This document shows, in pieces, positions 63,617 through 64,000 of a DNA stretch of 64,000 bases (position 1 is its first letter; every line of letters begins with the position of its first letter). Location: assembly GCA_965203275.1 (NCBI GenBank), contig OZ241865.1, positions 1,792,001 to 1,856,000 on the forward strand. The letters are read 5' to 3'. The notes under the pieces were generated by a model. It worked only from the letters and a program-made list of their open reading frames with translations, did no database searches and was not told where the DNA came from. This stretch comes from Bdellovibrionales bacterium (GTDB taxonomy: Bacteria; Bdellovibrionota; Bdellovibrionia; Bdellovibrionales; JAUICD01). The position numbers were made by a program, and so were the translations under genes.

Positions 63617-64000
63617 CCTGAGTTTGACAGTTGGAAAAATAAAGTTGAGTAAAATCAGTAGGTTATGAGTCGAAAGGGATTTTGTGCCACTAGGTTTTTG
63701 TTTTTGTGGCAGAATTTTGAACAATCTATTAAGATTGTGATTGTGATGATTCTACTTTTAATTGTTTTGCTGGTATTTTGACTCCTATTGCTTTAAATAC
63801 ATCTGTTGCATGACCTGTGATATCTGTTCTCATCCACAGGGTCTTATCTTTTAATGTGACAGGCACTGCTCTGACTTCTTTTAACTTTAACATTGCTTCT
63901 GAAACACTCAGTTGCCTTGCTTGTTTATTCTGACCTGTCATTAATTCTTCTCTACATTTAATACCTTTTTCATAAAGCTTCTTGCTTAAATAAGCTTCAC
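63617..64000 (-). mobile_element. IS1634-family element, right end plus transposase C-terminus (partial)
   Basis: IR CCTGAGTTTGACAGTTG; ...AMLKLKEVRAV..LWMRTD....VFKAIGVKIP* ending at 63729. Confidence 0.85.

Overview
AT-rich bacterial chromosome segment, most consistent with a Bdellovibrionota-like organism (inferred from FNNC-type lipobox, gene content and sigma54 promoters). Housekeeping genes include hisC, nhaA, a DUF58/batA/batB cluster, a CBS/CGL pair, sucC, rplJ-rplL-rpoB-rpoC, rpsL-rpsG, pyrF, ctaA, htpX and nuoB-nuoCD. Between them lie secreted or orphan proteins, IS1634-family remnants and a striking modular intergenic repeat system. That system has four parts: (H) a ~105-bp branched stem-loop unit, about 15 near-complete copies, whose stems differ by fully compensatory changes and assort independently; (J) a CCTTAAC-N5-GTTAAG junction palindrome; (G) GGGATCC-type heptamer arrays; and a four-helix-bundle (Avd/IVP-like) gene embedded in the largest copy between rpoC and rpsL, with a truncated second copy elsewhere. 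An empty/filled site pair behind two paralogous outer-membrane protein genes shows a 157-bp J-H unit present at one site without target duplication. Other candidates are a possible invertible promoter bounded by 11-6-11 palindromes, a poly-G frameshifted and IS-disrupted secreted protein, and an M48 peptidase/ABC1-kinase fusion. No rRNA, tRNA or CRISPR array was recognised.
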